A stretch of 64,000 bases of DNA. Origin: Acidobacteriaceae bacterium (GTDB taxonomy: Bacteria > Acidobacteriota > Terriglobia > Terriglobales > Acidobacteriaceae). Below are positions 20,216 through 30,055 of this stretch, one piece after another. Position 1 is the first letter of the stretch. Every line of letters starts with the position of its first letter. The translations under genes and the position numbers were made by a program. The stretch spans positions 34 through 64,033 of the forward strand of contig DASYBJ010000068.1 in NCBI GenBank assembly GCA_036500845.1. Direction: 5' to 3'. The notes below the pieces were generated by a model. It searched no databases, was not told the origin of the DNA, and was given only the letters and a program-made list of their open reading frames with translations.

Positions 20216-20950
20216 CTAGTGTTCGTGCGCGACTGCTCCGGCTAAATAGATCATGGTCAGCAGCATGAAGATGTACGCCTGGATGAGTGCTACCCCCAAG
20301 TGGAGGCCCATGAAGATCACCGGTATGGCGAACGGCACCAGAGAGAAAAAGACGAGGGTAACCATTTCCCCGGCGAACATGTTGGCGTAAAGACGGACAG
20401 TGAGCGAGAGTATGCGTGCGAGATGGGAGATGATCTCGATGGGCAGCATCATCCATGAGATCCACCAGATCGGCCCGAGGAAGTGCTTGAGGTAGCCAAT
20501 GGGCCCCTGTTCGCGCAGCCCGTGGAAGTTGTAATAGAGAAATGTCAGCAGCGCGACGCCCAGCGGCACGGTCGGGTTCGATGTCGGCGCGATCAGCCCG
20601 GGAACCATGCCCAGGAGATTTCCGAGCAGAACAAAGAGCAGCACGCATGTGGTAAAGAGCACGTAGCGCTGGCTGCCGTGTCCGATGATCGATTCGGCCT
20701 GATCGGAGACGAACTCATGGATGATCTCGGCGACTTGCTGGACCGCGTTCGGCTTCTCTACGTTCAGAGATATCCGGACGAGAACGAAGAAGGCCAGCAG
20801 AATGAAGAGGACCAAAATCTCCATAGCGAACGCGTTAGTAATGGGCGCGTCCGCATGTTTTGGCTGGACGTGGACAGCCTGCAGGATCGAGTTCGCCAGG
20901 CCACCGAAGTGCTGGTTCAAGAATGCAGTGAATGCGGTTTGACCGTGCAT
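20216..20950 (-). CDS. atpB: F0F1 ATP synthase subunit a
   Basis: Conserved LSLTVRLYANMFAGE (essential Arg) motif. ATG at 20950 (the ORF opens at a GTG at 20980). Confidence 0.92.
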   Translation of the reverse strand: MHGQTAFTAFLNQHFGGLANSILQAVHVQPKHADAPITNAFAMEILVLFILLAFFVLVRISLNVEKPNAVQQVAEIIHEFVSDQAESIIGHGSQRYVLFTTCVLLFVLLGNLLGMVPGLIAPTSNPTVPLGVALLTFLYYNFHGLREQGPIGYLKHFLGPIWWISWMMLPIEIISHLARILSLTVRLYANMFAGEMVTLVFFSLVPFAIPVIFMGLHLGVALIQAYIFMLLTMIYLAGAVAHEH

Positions 20951-21012
20951 ATGTTTCGTTTGATTCCTGGCCGAGCACACTCTGGCGGCGACCTATCGCC
21001 CGTTCCAAGCCT

Positions 21013-21456
21013 CTAAAGCGACCAAGTGCGCAAGAGTCGAATTGCCTCGATGAGTAGAGCCAGCATCGCTAACGCCAGCCCTGCAATCAGTGCGGAAATC
21101 CTGCCGTCTAAACTCTTAAGGCTAACATACAAAAGGGCTCCGGCAAGAGCGAGACGGAGAAAAAACCAGAAGACTACCGGGCCCACCGGCTTCGGCTGGG
21201 TGCCCGCGGCGCTGCTCGCGCCCGTAGCGTCCCCCGATGCGTTCACCGGTCCCAGGCGTGCAAGAACAGCCGACATGATCTGCCGCCATTCGAGGATACC
21301 GGTCGCGGCAATCGCGCCACCGACCAGAAAGAACACGGCGGAAGGCCAGCCCCAGGCGCCCCAGATGACAGGTGTACCTATGAGTGCACTGATGCCCACA
21401 ATCCGTAATGCCCGGTTGAGCGCAGCGCGCAGATCCTGATCTCGAAACTCCGTCAT
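21013..21456 (-). CDS. small multi-TM protein in the atpI position (ATP synthase protein I-like)
   Basis: About 147 aa with hydrophobic helices, immediately upstream of atpB. ATG at 21456 (TTG at 21468). The assignment rests on position and topology only. Confidence 0.5.
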   Translation of the reverse strand: MTEFRDQDLRAALNRALRIVGISALIGTPVIWGAWGWPSAVFFLVGGAIAATGILEWRQIMSAVLARLGPVNASGDATGASSAAGTQPKPVGPVVFWFFLRLALAGALLYVSLKSLDGRISALIAGLALAMLALLIEAIRLLRTWSL

Positions 21457-21541
21457 TGCTACTGCCAAACAAACTGCCTCATCTGGACCTCATCGAGTGC
21501 GTGCCTACAGGCACGCTGTCGATCCTGCTCGTGGGGCCGGG

Positions 21542-21796
21542 TTACTCCTTATTGAGCGCGAAGACGATCCGGAAGATCTGCACGAATCCAGCCCCGGCGC
21601 CAAGAATCAGCCCCGGGATGTAAATCCAATCCTGATGCAGCCAGCGATCCAGCCCTACTCCGATCAGCCAGCCAATTACAGTGGCGGCAGGTAAAAGCAG
21701 ACCGAGCTGGATCAGGCTCTCGACCCGCACCAGCGACTGTATGGAACCTTCCTTCCTAGGCAAAGATCCGGATTTCCTGCTCGAAGGATTGCTCAT
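21542..21796 (-). CDS. AtpZ/AtpI-family small membrane protein
   Basis: 84 aa with two helices: LLLPAATVIGWLIGVGLDRWL...IPGLILGAGAGFVQIFRIV. This pattern is typical of the putative F0F1-ATPase subunit family encoded ahead of atp operons. Confidence 0.6.
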   Translation of the reverse strand: MSNPSSRKSGSLPRKEGSIQSLVRVESLIQLGLLLPAATVIGWLIGVGLDRWLHQDWIYIPGLILGAGAGFVQIFRIVFALNKE

Positions 21797-21949
21797 GGCG
21801 CCGTAATGGTTCTGCGTTGTTATACACCAAGAACAAGGGGATGTGAGATTGGTCGCCGTTTCATCCGCCGTGATCTGACTCGCCCACTAGCCGACCCTCC
21901 GAATCTTCCCCGGTATACTGGCCTTTTCCCGTAACGAGAGGCACTCCAG

Positions 21950-23533
21950 GTGTTTGAGTCAGAGTTTGAGCGCAATCTTTTTGCGCTTCGCAAGGAAAAG
22001 CTGGACCAGATTGTTGCGCTCGGCCAGCAAGCCTACCCTAACCAGTTCGTCGCATCGCACACGATCACTGAGCTACGCGAGGCCTACGGCGCCTCGACTG
22101 CCGAGCAGCTGGAGTCGCAGCGGAAAACAGTGCAGGTGGCCGGACGCCTGATGGCGATCCGCCCGCAAGGCAAGGCCGGCTTCGCCCAGCTGCAGCAGGG
22201 CGGTCAAAGAATGCAAATCTATGTCCGGCGTGACGCGGTGGGCGACTCGGGGTTCGAGCTTTTCAAGCTGTTGGACCTAGGCGACCACATCGGCGTTTCC
22301 GGCTATCTTTTCCGTACGCGCACAGGCGAGCTTAGCGTTCATGTGGACAGCTTAACGTTCCTGACAAAGGCCATGCTCGCCTTGCCGGAGAAGTACCACG
22401 GTCTCTCCGACGTCGAATTGCGATACCGGCAGCGATACGTCGACCTCTTCATGAACGCGGACGTTCGTGAGGTCTTCGTGAAGCGGGCGCAAGTGCTCAA
22501 GGCGGTGCGCAGCTTCTTCGACCAGCGAGGCTACATCGAAGTGGAAACCCCGATGATGCAGCCCATCGCCGGCGGTGCGGCGGCCAAGCCATTTCGCACG
22601 CATCACAACGCGCTCGACATGCCATTGTTCCTGCGCATCGCGCCGGAACTCTACCTCAAGCGTCTGGTGGTTGGCGGGCTCGAGCGAGTCTACGAAATCA
22701 ACCGGAACTTCCGGAACGAGGGCATCTCCACCCAGCACAACCCGGAATTCACGATGCTCGAGTTCTACCAGGCCTACGCCAACTACGAAGACCTGATGCG
22801 GTTGACCGAGGAACTCATCCGGCACGTCGCCCTAGAGGTCAACGGCACGGCCCTGACGAACATTGACGGGCACGAAATCGATCTCGCCAACTGGCGGCGC
22901 TATTCGATGCGCGAGGCTATCCAGGTGTTCTGGCCAGAAGCAGCTGGCGCAAAACCGGATTTCGAGGAGTTTGCCTACCCCGATTCGGTGCGATCAATGG
23001 TCGACCGGCTGCGCGTGGCCAAGGTGCATGTTGACTTTCAACCCGGAGAGCCTACTGGCAAAACCATTGCCGGAATCTTTGAAGCTGTGGCCGAAGAGCA
23101 CTTGATCCAGCCAACAATCATCTATGACTTCCCCGTCGCCGTATCGCCCCTTTCAAAGAAGAAGCCGGACGAACCGGAGTGGGTGGAGCGGTTTGAGTTT
23201 TTCATCGGCGGTTTTGAGTTAGGAAATGCCTTCAGCGAATTGAACGATCCGGAAGAGCAGCGGCGGCGCTTCCTCCAACAGCTCACCGAGCGGGAAAGAG
23301 GCGATGCCGAAGCCCATGCGATGGATGAGGACTACGTCCGGGCCTTAGCCTACGGTCTACCCCCAACTGCAGGTGAAGGCGTGGGTATCGATCGGCTAAC
23401 CATGGTGTTGACTGGGTCAAAATCCATTCGCGATGTCATCCTCTTCCCGCTATTGCGTCCGGCGCGCGGAGAACAGGCAGGCGAAAAGGGACCAGAGGGT
23501 GGTGTGGAGGATGGAAACAAAAGAGGGGGATAG
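21950..23533 (+). CDS. lysS: lysine--tRNA ligase (class II)
   Basis: GTG start. Motifs [23 protein letters not shown] and GVGIDRL. Confidence 0.95.
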   Translation: MFESEFERNLFALRKEKLDQIVALGQQAYPNQFVASHTITELREAYGASTAEQLESQRKTVQVAGRLMAIRPQGKAGFAQLQQGGQRMQIYVRRDAVGDSGFELFKLLDLGDHIGVSGYLFRTRTGELSVHVDSLTFLTKAMLALPEKYHGLSDVELRYRQRYVDLFMNADVREVFVKRAQVLKAVRSFFDQRGYIEVETPMMQPIAGGAAAKPFRTHHNALDMPLFLRIAPELYLKRLVVGGLERVYEINRNFRNEGISTQHNPEFTMLEFYQAYANYEDLMRLTEELIRHVALEVNGTALTNIDGHEIDLANWRRYSMREAIQVFWPEAAGAKPDFEEFAYPDSVRSMVDRLRVAKVHVDFQPGEPTGKTIAGIFEAVAEEHLIQPTIIYDFPVAVSPLSKKKPDEPEWVERFEFFIGGFELGNAFSELNDPEEQRRRFLQQLTERERGDAEAHAMDEDYVRALAYGLPPTAGEGVGIDRLTMVLTGSKSIRDVILFPLLRPARGEQAGEKGPEGGVEDGNKRGG

Positions 23534-23609
23534 GCGGGTAGGGCATTCTTTTGTTGCAATTGAGCCGCGAATAGCGGCCCAACTTCAATGCCTGGCCGAT
23601 TCCGAAGTG

Positions 23610-24026
23610 CTACCTTTTACCGGTCTTCTGTACCCGCTTGAGAACTTGGCTAAGACTGGTTTTCTCAAAATCTTCCATGAGAGCTACCATCGAAGAGGAG
23701 AAGATTTTTTCGAGTGCGGAGTTGACCCGCAGTGGTCCGGGGGCACGCACTTGCGGGGCATGAAACAGCGATCCAGTCTCGACCGCACTATAAACATCAG
23801 CGAGAGTAATCGCCTTGGGAGATTTGAGCAGACGCGATCCCCCGGTTGGGCCTTTTTGACTCTCAATAAGTTTCGCTTGCTGGAGGGACGCAAGCACGCG
23901 ACGGACTACTACCGGATTGGTATCCAATTTCTCGGCGATGTCCGTCGATGTCTGCAACGTGTCAGGCTCTGCAGCCAGCAAAACAAGCACGTGCACACCA
24001 GTGGCAAATCTGCAGTTAACAGCCAT
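23610..24026 (-). CDS. Rrf2 family transcriptional regulator
   Basis: N-terminal winged-helix pattern FATGVHVLVLLA...TSTDIAEKLDTNPVVVRRVLASLQQAKLIESQKGPTGG. Confidence 0.85.
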   Translation of the reverse strand: MAVNCRFATGVHVLVLLAAEPDTLQTSTDIAEKLDTNPVVVRRVLASLQQAKLIESQKGPTGGSRLLKSPKAITLADVYSAVETGSLFHAPQVRAPGPLRVNSALEKIFSSSMVALMEDFEKTSLSQVLKRVQKTGKR

Positions 24027-24183
24027 GCGGGCAACCCTAACACACTGAAAGCGAGTTGCAAGTGAACCACCGTGAGAACGATAGTCACTTCCAAGGTTGC
24101 ATTTTTACAAAGCAGTAACCATCTCCATTTGTAGCCGTGCCGGCATCGTTTTCCGGGCGGCCGGTGGAGCTTAAAGGAGTTAC

Positions 24184-24981
24184 GTGCGGATTTTGTTTGT
24201 GGGAGACGTATTTGGCCAGGCCGGCCGCCGGATCGTAAGGGAGCATCTTGCTCACGTCATCAACGAGCAGTCGGTCGATCTCGTAATCGTCAATGGGGAG
24301 AATGCCGCCGGCGGTTTCGGCATTACACCGGCGATCGCCGACGAGCTCTTCGATCTGGGCGCGCACGTCATCACCACCGGCAATCACGTGTGGGATAAGC
24401 GCGAGATCATCGAGTATTTACAGTCTGTAACAGCAGATAGCCACGATCGTCCACGGCGTGTGCTGCGTCCCGCCAACTACGTCAACGGCGCTCCAGGGCA
24501 CGGCTTCTACGAGGGATGTTTGCCTTCCGGACAGCCTTATGCGGTGATGAACCTGCAGGGCCGCGTCTTCATGGGCGCGCTCGAGGATCCCTTCCGGACG
24601 GCCGATTCCCTACTCCAAAAAATCAAAGCGAAAGTGATCCTTGTGGACTTCCACGCGGAAGCGACTTCAGAGAAAATTGCTCTCGGATGGTACCTAGATG
24701 GGAAGGTTACTGGAGTAATCGGGACACACACGCACGTTCCGACCGCCGACGAGCGAATCTTGCCGAGTGGGACAGCGTATCAGACCGATGTGGGAATGAG
24801 CGGACCCTACGACAGCGTGATCGGAGTGGAGAAGGAACTAGTTCTGAACCGGTTTCTAAGTGGATTGCCTGGCAAATTTGAGCCCGCCAAGGGCGATCCG
24901 AAGATGTGCGCAGTGCTGATCGAATGCGATGGCGAATCCGGACGGGCGCATTCGATCCGGCGCCTGATGCTTGGCGAGTAA
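24184..24981 (+). CDS. TIGR00282/YmdB-like metallophosphoesterase
   Basis: GTG start 7 nt after AAAGGAG. Motifs ILFVGDVFG, VNGENAAGGFGIT and GNHVWD. Confidence 0.9.
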   Translation: MRILFVGDVFGQAGRRIVREHLAHVINEQSVDLVIVNGENAAGGFGITPAIADELFDLGAHVITTGNHVWDKREIIEYLQSVTADSHDRPRRVLRPANYVNGAPGHGFYEGCLPSGQPYAVMNLQGRVFMGALEDPFRTADSLLQKIKAKVILVDFHAEATSEKIALGWYLDGKVTGVIGTHTHVPTADERILPSGTAYQTDVGMSGPYDSVIGVEKELVLNRFLSGLPGKFEPAKGDPKMCAVLIECDGESGRAHSIRRLMLGE

Positions 24982-25057
24982 AGGCCAGGGATCAAAACAG
25001 TTATCAACACTCAGTTAAAACGAGCGGTCGGGGTTGGCGGTCAGATCAGTTTGCCGG

Positions 25058-25939
25058 TCAAGGTTTTAGAGCGATCTTCGGTGCCTGGCGTTCGTTGCTG
25101 TGCTCCGCTGAGGTGATCTCGCCATGGCGATCGAAGTGCAATCTCCAGAGAGTTGTCTTCCCTGGCTGAGATGCATCGCTGAAGGTGACGTCCGCACTGC
25201 GGTCCGAATCGATTTCTAGCTGCGGACGATTTGCCCCAAGGCGGAGAAGGTCCAGAGTCGCATCCGGACGCGGATGTACGGTGAGCACCTGAACATGATT
25301 GCCGCTCAGCTCGGCATAGCACATGCCGATCACCAGCCAGTTCGGCGCTTGTCCTATTGGCATATCTCCCCGCTCCTGCCGAATGATACGGTTGAAAACT
25401 TCTCGGGTCGCAGGCCTATTCCAGGAGGAATCGAAAGGCAACATTCCATGCGAGTAGCGGGAGACGATGCGAACGCGAGGACCGTTCCGCTCGAGCGCTG
25501 CGACAAAGCGTGAGGAGCCGTTGGGGTCCGGTCCGTGGGTGAAGGAGAGGAACAGATAGTCAGGGAACGCCGGACACATGATCTGGTGGTACTGCCATCC
25601 CGGAGAGCGAAGATCGTACGTCAGAAGCGACGCTTCCTTGGCTAGCTCCGGTTTGAGCGAGTCGACCACCTGAAGGTCTTCAGGCATCATGTGCGCCGGG
25701 TCCCGGTACTCGAGCTCAAAAACATAGGGGCGCCCGGCAAGAGGCGTTAAACCGATCGGGAAAGAGTTGACTCCCGGAAGGGGTCCGGTGACCGGGGTGG
25801 CGGGGGGAACTCCGGGAATCAGCTCCTGATTGGGGACCCCACTTTGCTGACCGTGTGCCGCCACCGTGGCCAGCAAAACAAATAAGCAAGAGGTTCGCAG
25901 GCAGTGCCGAGGCGTGAGGGAGAACCTGTGCATGGACAT
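25058..25939 (-). CDS. exported hypothetical protein
   Basis: ATG at 25939 gives a signal peptide ending LLATVAAHGQ. No assignable domain. Confidence 0.6.
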   Translation of the reverse strand: MSMHRFSLTPRHCLRTSCLFVLLATVAAHGQQSGVPNQELIPGVPPATPVTGPLPGVNSFPIGLTPLAGRPYVFELEYRDPAHMMPEDLQVVDSLKPELAKEASLLTYDLRSPGWQYHQIMCPAFPDYLFLSFTHGPDPNGSSRFVAALERNGPRVRIVSRYSHGMLPFDSSWNRPATREVFNRIIRQERGDMPIGQAPNWLVIGMCYAELSGNHVQVLTVHPRPDATLDLLRLGANRPQLEIDSDRSADVTFSDASQPGKTTLWRLHFDRHGEITSAEHSNERQAPKIALKP

Positions 25940-26065
25940 CTTGACTTTACACCGTTGCCCCGGTCCTCGAAAGCACCAGAGCCGAGAGATCAATCTGTCC
26001 TCTGCTCTTAGCCTAATGGAACACGACTTCTGTATCTCGGGGTTTGAAGCAGCACGAAGACGGCT

Positions 26066-26110
26066 GGCACCTTCTTTTGGCTGCGCTGTTCAGCCCGAAG
26101 GTGGGAAACG
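26066..26110. repeat. dispersed hairpin repeat, copy 2
   Basis: GGCACCTTCTTTTGGCTGCGCTGTTCAGCCCGAAGGTGGGAAACG aligns with 17713-17761 apart from a few substitutions and indels. Confidence 0.85.
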
Positions 26111-26245
26111 GCGACCGTGTGCTGCGAGATTCCCGAATCCTCTCGCCAATTTATGATGCTCTGGCAAGTAGTTTTTGCTAACCGCTTCACGAGCTGACCG
26201 GTTTTTAGCTAACCGGCTGATAGCTGACGACCGCGTAGCTGGCCC

Positions 26246-27232
26246 TTAGCTGCCCTTACCCAGCAGACTACGCAGATAAAAATGAAAGAAGCGCTCCGGA
26301 CTCGAGTCCAGGCAGACATTCGCGTTGGGCGCACCCCTAACCACGCGCGTATATCCCTGGTCATCAACTTCGATACGAAGCGGCTTCGTCGGGCAAAGGT
26401 CCGGTTCGAGATAGGCAGCGACCGCCATGGCGTCAAACAGCGTGGGGGTCGGGTTGCCAGTCGATTTGTTCCACTGCTCATAAAGAAGCGTGAGTGCATC
26501 GGTCGACGCTGTGCCTGCGCTGAAGAGAACACTCCGCTTAACCTCGTCGAGCTTGAGCTGGGTCGAATCCAAGGGCATCACGTAAATGGGCACACCGGAA
26601 GTAAAGAGTTTCTTCGCAGAAGGGATATCGCATTTGATGTTGTACTCCGGTTGAGGTCCCCGATCGGGCAGATATCCCAAGTCGCCGTAGCCGCGGGAAA
26701 TGGATCCGCCCATAATCACGACTTGCTTCAATTTACGGAACGTGGCCGGGTCCGCATCAATCAGCGCGCCTATGTTGCTCAACGGCGCGACGGAAATCAG
26801 CGTAATCTGTCCCGGCTTCTTGCGAATCTCGTCCAGTGTGAGAGTCACTGCATTCGGCCAAGGCGTCGACGGCTCGGGGAAATTGTGTGCCCAAACAGAC
26901 TGCGTGAAAACCGTGGTGCTGTGGGTCTGCGGACCTGCAGCGACTGGAATTCCGCTGTGGCCTGTCGTGGTTAGGAACCGTGAGGCTAGCCGGGCGCGCA
27001 GGCCTGTATCCCCCCAAGCTGTCGTAACGGCGTTAACGTGCACTTCAGGTGCGGAGAGCAGAAGAGCAAACGCGAAGGCATCGTCGATGTCGTCTCCAAT
27101 ATCCGTATCGAAAATGACCTCGCGCGAGCCGCCCAAAACCGGGAGCGGCCCCGAATCCCTTTGCGCATGACCCCGGGGGCTGAGCGAGAAACTGAGACAG
27201 CAAAGGAGAGAGACTAGAATGCTGTGGCGCAT
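26246..27232 (-). CDS. nucleoside hydrolase (IUNH family) with signal peptide
   Basis: Aspartate cluster FDTDIGDDIDDAFA. ATG at 27232 gives MRHSILVSLLCCLSFSLSPRGHAQ. Confidence 0.85.
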   Translation of the reverse strand: MRHSILVSLLCCLSFSLSPRGHAQRDSGPLPVLGGSREVIFDTDIGDDIDDAFAFALLLSAPEVHVNAVTTAWGDTGLRARLASRFLTTTGHSGIPVAAGPQTHSTTVFTQSVWAHNFPEPSTPWPNAVTLTLDEIRKKPGQITLISVAPLSNIGALIDADPATFRKLKQVVIMGGSISRGYGDLGYLPDRGPQPEYNIKCDIPSAKKLFTSGVPIYVMPLDSTQLKLDEVKRSVLFSAGTASTDALTLLYEQWNKSTGNPTPTLFDAMAVAAYLEPDLCPTKPLRIEVDDQGYTRVVRGAPNANVCLDSSPERFFHFYLRSLLGKGS

Positions 27233-27341
27233 GGGCAGAACCCCGATCGAGCGAAGTGTGAAAACAAAGAAGGGCAACCCTGGGGCTGCCCTTCTTGTCA
27301 GGTATGAATGAACTGGAGACTTTACCGGTTCATTTACCGTC

Positions 27342-28646
27342 CTAGTGCGTTGTTGTGTGGCGGTGTCCCGGCGCTGGCTTCGCGCCGGCCTTGACCGGCG
27401 CCGAGCCGTCGACCAGCGTGATCATCGGCGGGTTGGTCGTATAGGAATCGAAGGTCGCGTCAAAGGTCGCGTTGCTGCCCACGGTCGGCGGATTTTTCAG
27501 CGGAGTCTTCATGTTGATCGTGAAATCCGCCTTGTTACTCGCCTGGTTGTCTTCCGTCACGGCGAGTTGGACTTGAGTTGGAGACGCTGAGACCACCTTG
27601 CCGGGAACCTCGACTCGTTGGCCCTTCATCACGTCCCAAACCTTCTGCGCGTCCTCGGGCTTGCCGTTGAAGAGGATGAATTCTCTATCGGAAAGGCTGA
27701 GCGACTTGAGGTCAGGCGTACTGGCGACGGTCTGCGCGGCCAAGTCAGCGGGTGACGGAGGCGGTGGAGCCGGAGTGGGATTGTAGTCAGCGGGTGGAAA
27801 GAGATTGCTCTGAGCCAGAGCCTGCACTTGAGGATAGCCATCCATATTGCCGTGGTACTTCTTGTAGAAGTATTCGGCAGCACTCTGAATTTGCGGCTTG
27901 GCTTGAGGAGGAGCAAAGAGCGCGGCGCGGGTCAGAAACCAGGCTGCGTTCTTCAGGTCTGGCGGAGTCTGCTGTGCATAGGCTTGACCGAGCAGATACG
28001 TATCGTTCAGCCCCAGACCCGATGTGGTTTGCGCCGGATCTGAGTATGCCTTCAGATCGCTGGTGAAGTTCTGGACAGCACCCGCCATATCCTTTTTATT
28101 CTGAGCATCGAGAGCGATGACCTCGTAAAAAATGGGAGTGGTCGCAGTCTTCAGCTTTTGGAAGTCCGCGTCCGACATATTGGCTGGTTTGGTCGCACTC
28201 AAACCCTTCTGTGCGGCAGCCGCAGCAGCATCGAGTAGAGGTCCGGCGGCGGAGGGGTTGGACTGCATGGCAGCTGTGGCCTTCGTCTTATTGATGAAGG
28301 CAGTCATGAAAAGCGCCCGCAGATTGTTCGGATCGGCTTCCAGAAGACGTTGCGCCGTGGCCAGAGTTTTATCCTGGTCGCCTGCGGCCTGATACGTCGC
28401 CATCAGCATTTCGAGCAGATCATTTTTGACGACGGAATTGGGATATTTTTGCAGGAACGCTTCGATCGCTGCAGCTTTCGCCGCTGGTGTCGATTGCCCC
28501 ACGGCATTGGTGTATTCGTTGTATTCGGCAGGATCCTTGATCGTGATCTGGCCGGCTTGCGCACTGTCCTGTGCGATAAGCATGGGCGCTGAGCCCAGAC
28601 AGGTGGTGGCCAACGCCAACACGGAGGCAAAAACTACCTTCTTCAT
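27342..28646 (-). CDS. exported hypothetical protein, TPR-like N-terminal half
   Basis: Signal peptide MKKVVFASVLALATTCLGSAPMLIAQ, a helical repeat-like region, a Pro-rich linker, then a beta-rich C-terminus. Confidence 0.7.
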   Translation of the reverse strand: MKKVVFASVLALATTCLGSAPMLIAQDSAQAGQITIKDPAEYNEYTNAVGQSTPAAKAAAIEAFLQKYPNSVVKNDLLEMLMATYQAAGDQDKTLATAQRLLEADPNNLRALFMTAFINKTKATAAMQSNPSAAGPLLDAAAAAAQKGLSATKPANMSDADFQKLKTATTPIFYEVIALDAQNKKDMAGAVQNFTSDLKAYSDPAQTTSGLGLNDTYLLGQAYAQQTPPDLKNAAWFLTRAALFAPPQAKPQIQSAAEYFYKKYHGNMDGYPQVQALAQSNLFPPADYNPTPAPPPPSPADLAAQTVASTPDLKSLSLSDREFILFNGKPEDAQKVWDVMKGQRVEVPGKVVSASPTQVQLAVTEDNQASNKADFTINMKTPLKNPPTVGSNATFDATFDSYTTNPPMITLVDGSAPVKAGAKPAPGHRHTTTH

Positions 28647-28981
28647 TCAACGCTCCTAGCGGAATTCTTCCTGCATGAGGTGGCTTTCTCTGACTTTCTC
28701 AACCTTTGAGAGAAGATTCGCGGCAAATATAAACATCAAATCTTTCAAGGTGCCCCCGATTTGGTTGTCCTCATGAGGTCTGGAGGATGAACCTGTGGAC
28801 TCTCGAAATTCAAGGGCTTTCCTTCGGTATGTGGGTGGATTATAGAAAGTGCCTGCGCATTATGACAAGCAAAGCTTGCTGGATGCCTGTCGGTGATCTA
28901 TTCAAGCAAGAATGACTGGAATTTCGAAGTACTGCAAGTCGGCTCTCTAAAGATGATGAGAAACGAGGAACGAAAGAAGCA

Positions 28982-29737
28982 ATGACGGAAACGGTGATTC
29001 AGCGGGATGAGGTGGGTGTCTTGAGCAACCAGGTCGCAATCGTGACTGGCGCAGCGCGTGGCATCGGCGAGGCCGTGGCGCACAGGTTGGCGCGCATGGG
29101 TGCGAGTGTGGTGTTGACGGCGCGCGACCAGGCACGTTTGTCTGCGGTACAGGCTGCGATTGAAAGGCAAGGCGGTCGAGCCATGCCGATGCCGCTCGAA
29201 CTTACTGACGATAAAGCCGTGGCGGCATTCGGAGAGAGAGTCGCAAAGGAATACGGGCGCTGCGACATCCTGGTGAACAATGCCGCAGTCGGGGTCACAG
29301 GCAAGCCGCTGATCGAACTTACACCGGAGGAGTGGAGCCGGGTGCTTGATACCAACTTGCGCGCTCCATACCTGATGATCCGCGCCTTTGCGCCTCTTAT
29401 GATCGCGGCGCGAAGCGGGCACATCATCAATATCTCTTCGCTGGCGGGAAAAAATCCCCTCCCGAACGGAGCTGCGTATGCAGCCTCAAAGTGGGGATTA
29501 AATGGGCTCACGTATTCAGTCGCCGAGGAGTTGCGGCAATACGGAGTACGCGTGACCGTCATCGCCCCGGGCTCCGTCGACACCAGCTTTGGCTCAGGTC
29601 AGGCCCCAGGCCAAGGTAAGGACAGGTCCAAAATGGTGCAACCGGCCGACGTGGCGCATGTTGTCGCGACGATCGTGACCCAGGGACCAAATTCGTTTAT
29701 GAGCGAGGTGCTGCTCCGTCCAACCATGAAACCGTAG
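28982..29737 (+). CDS. SDR family oxidoreductase
   Basis: TGAARGIG cofactor motif, NNAA, and catalytic YAASK. Confidence 0.9.
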   Translation: MTETVIQRDEVGVLSNQVAIVTGAARGIGEAVAHRLARMGASVVLTARDQARLSAVQAAIERQGGRAMPMPLELTDDKAVAAFGERVAKEYGRCDILVNNAAVGVTGKPLIELTPEEWSRVLDTNLRAPYLMIRAFAPLMIAARSGHIINISSLAGKNPLPNGAAYAASKWGLNGLTYSVAEELRQYGVRVTVIAPGSVDTSFGSGQAPGQGKDRSKMVQPADVAHVVATIVTQGPNSFMSEVLLRPTMKP

Positions 29738-30055
29738 CGGCATCATCCCCCTTTAGGGTTCTGCGCAACGCGCTGACCCCTAGTAGGTCATTAAAGGTGC
29801 CCCGAAGGTCACTTGTAAGGTGGGAACCGTCGGGCTACGCTCAAGCTTATAAGGTGAATCAGAGTACCGTTGCGCCAATTCTCGATGTGCAGTTCTGGAT
29901 GCGAACCCCGAATACTTTGAATTGGGAACGGCTTATCCACAATATCTTGGGGTACCGACGTTGATTCAGCCGGGCCGCAACGATAGAGTCTCTGAGAAGC
30001 AGAGTAGCGCCGCAGACCTGCTTTACTGCCCTGCGGTCGGCCAAAAGGAGCGCGA

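Noticed and set aside
26065-26083. TGGCAC...TTTGGC inside repeat copy 2, considered as a sigma-54 promoter.
   Set aside because: The spacing is again 2 nt too long. The motif is part of a dispersed repeat, and copy 1 (17713-) lacks TGGCAC.
29738-30055. 318-nt gap upstream of smc, examined for SRP RNA, 6S RNA, RNase P RNA, tmRNA or tRNA.
   Set aside because: I could not find the diagnostic conserved boxes, for example GAGGAAAGTCC of RNase P, the SRP GGAAG..AGCAG domain IV, or a tmRNA 3' tRNA-like end. A covariance-model scan (Rfam/Infernal) would be the decisive test.
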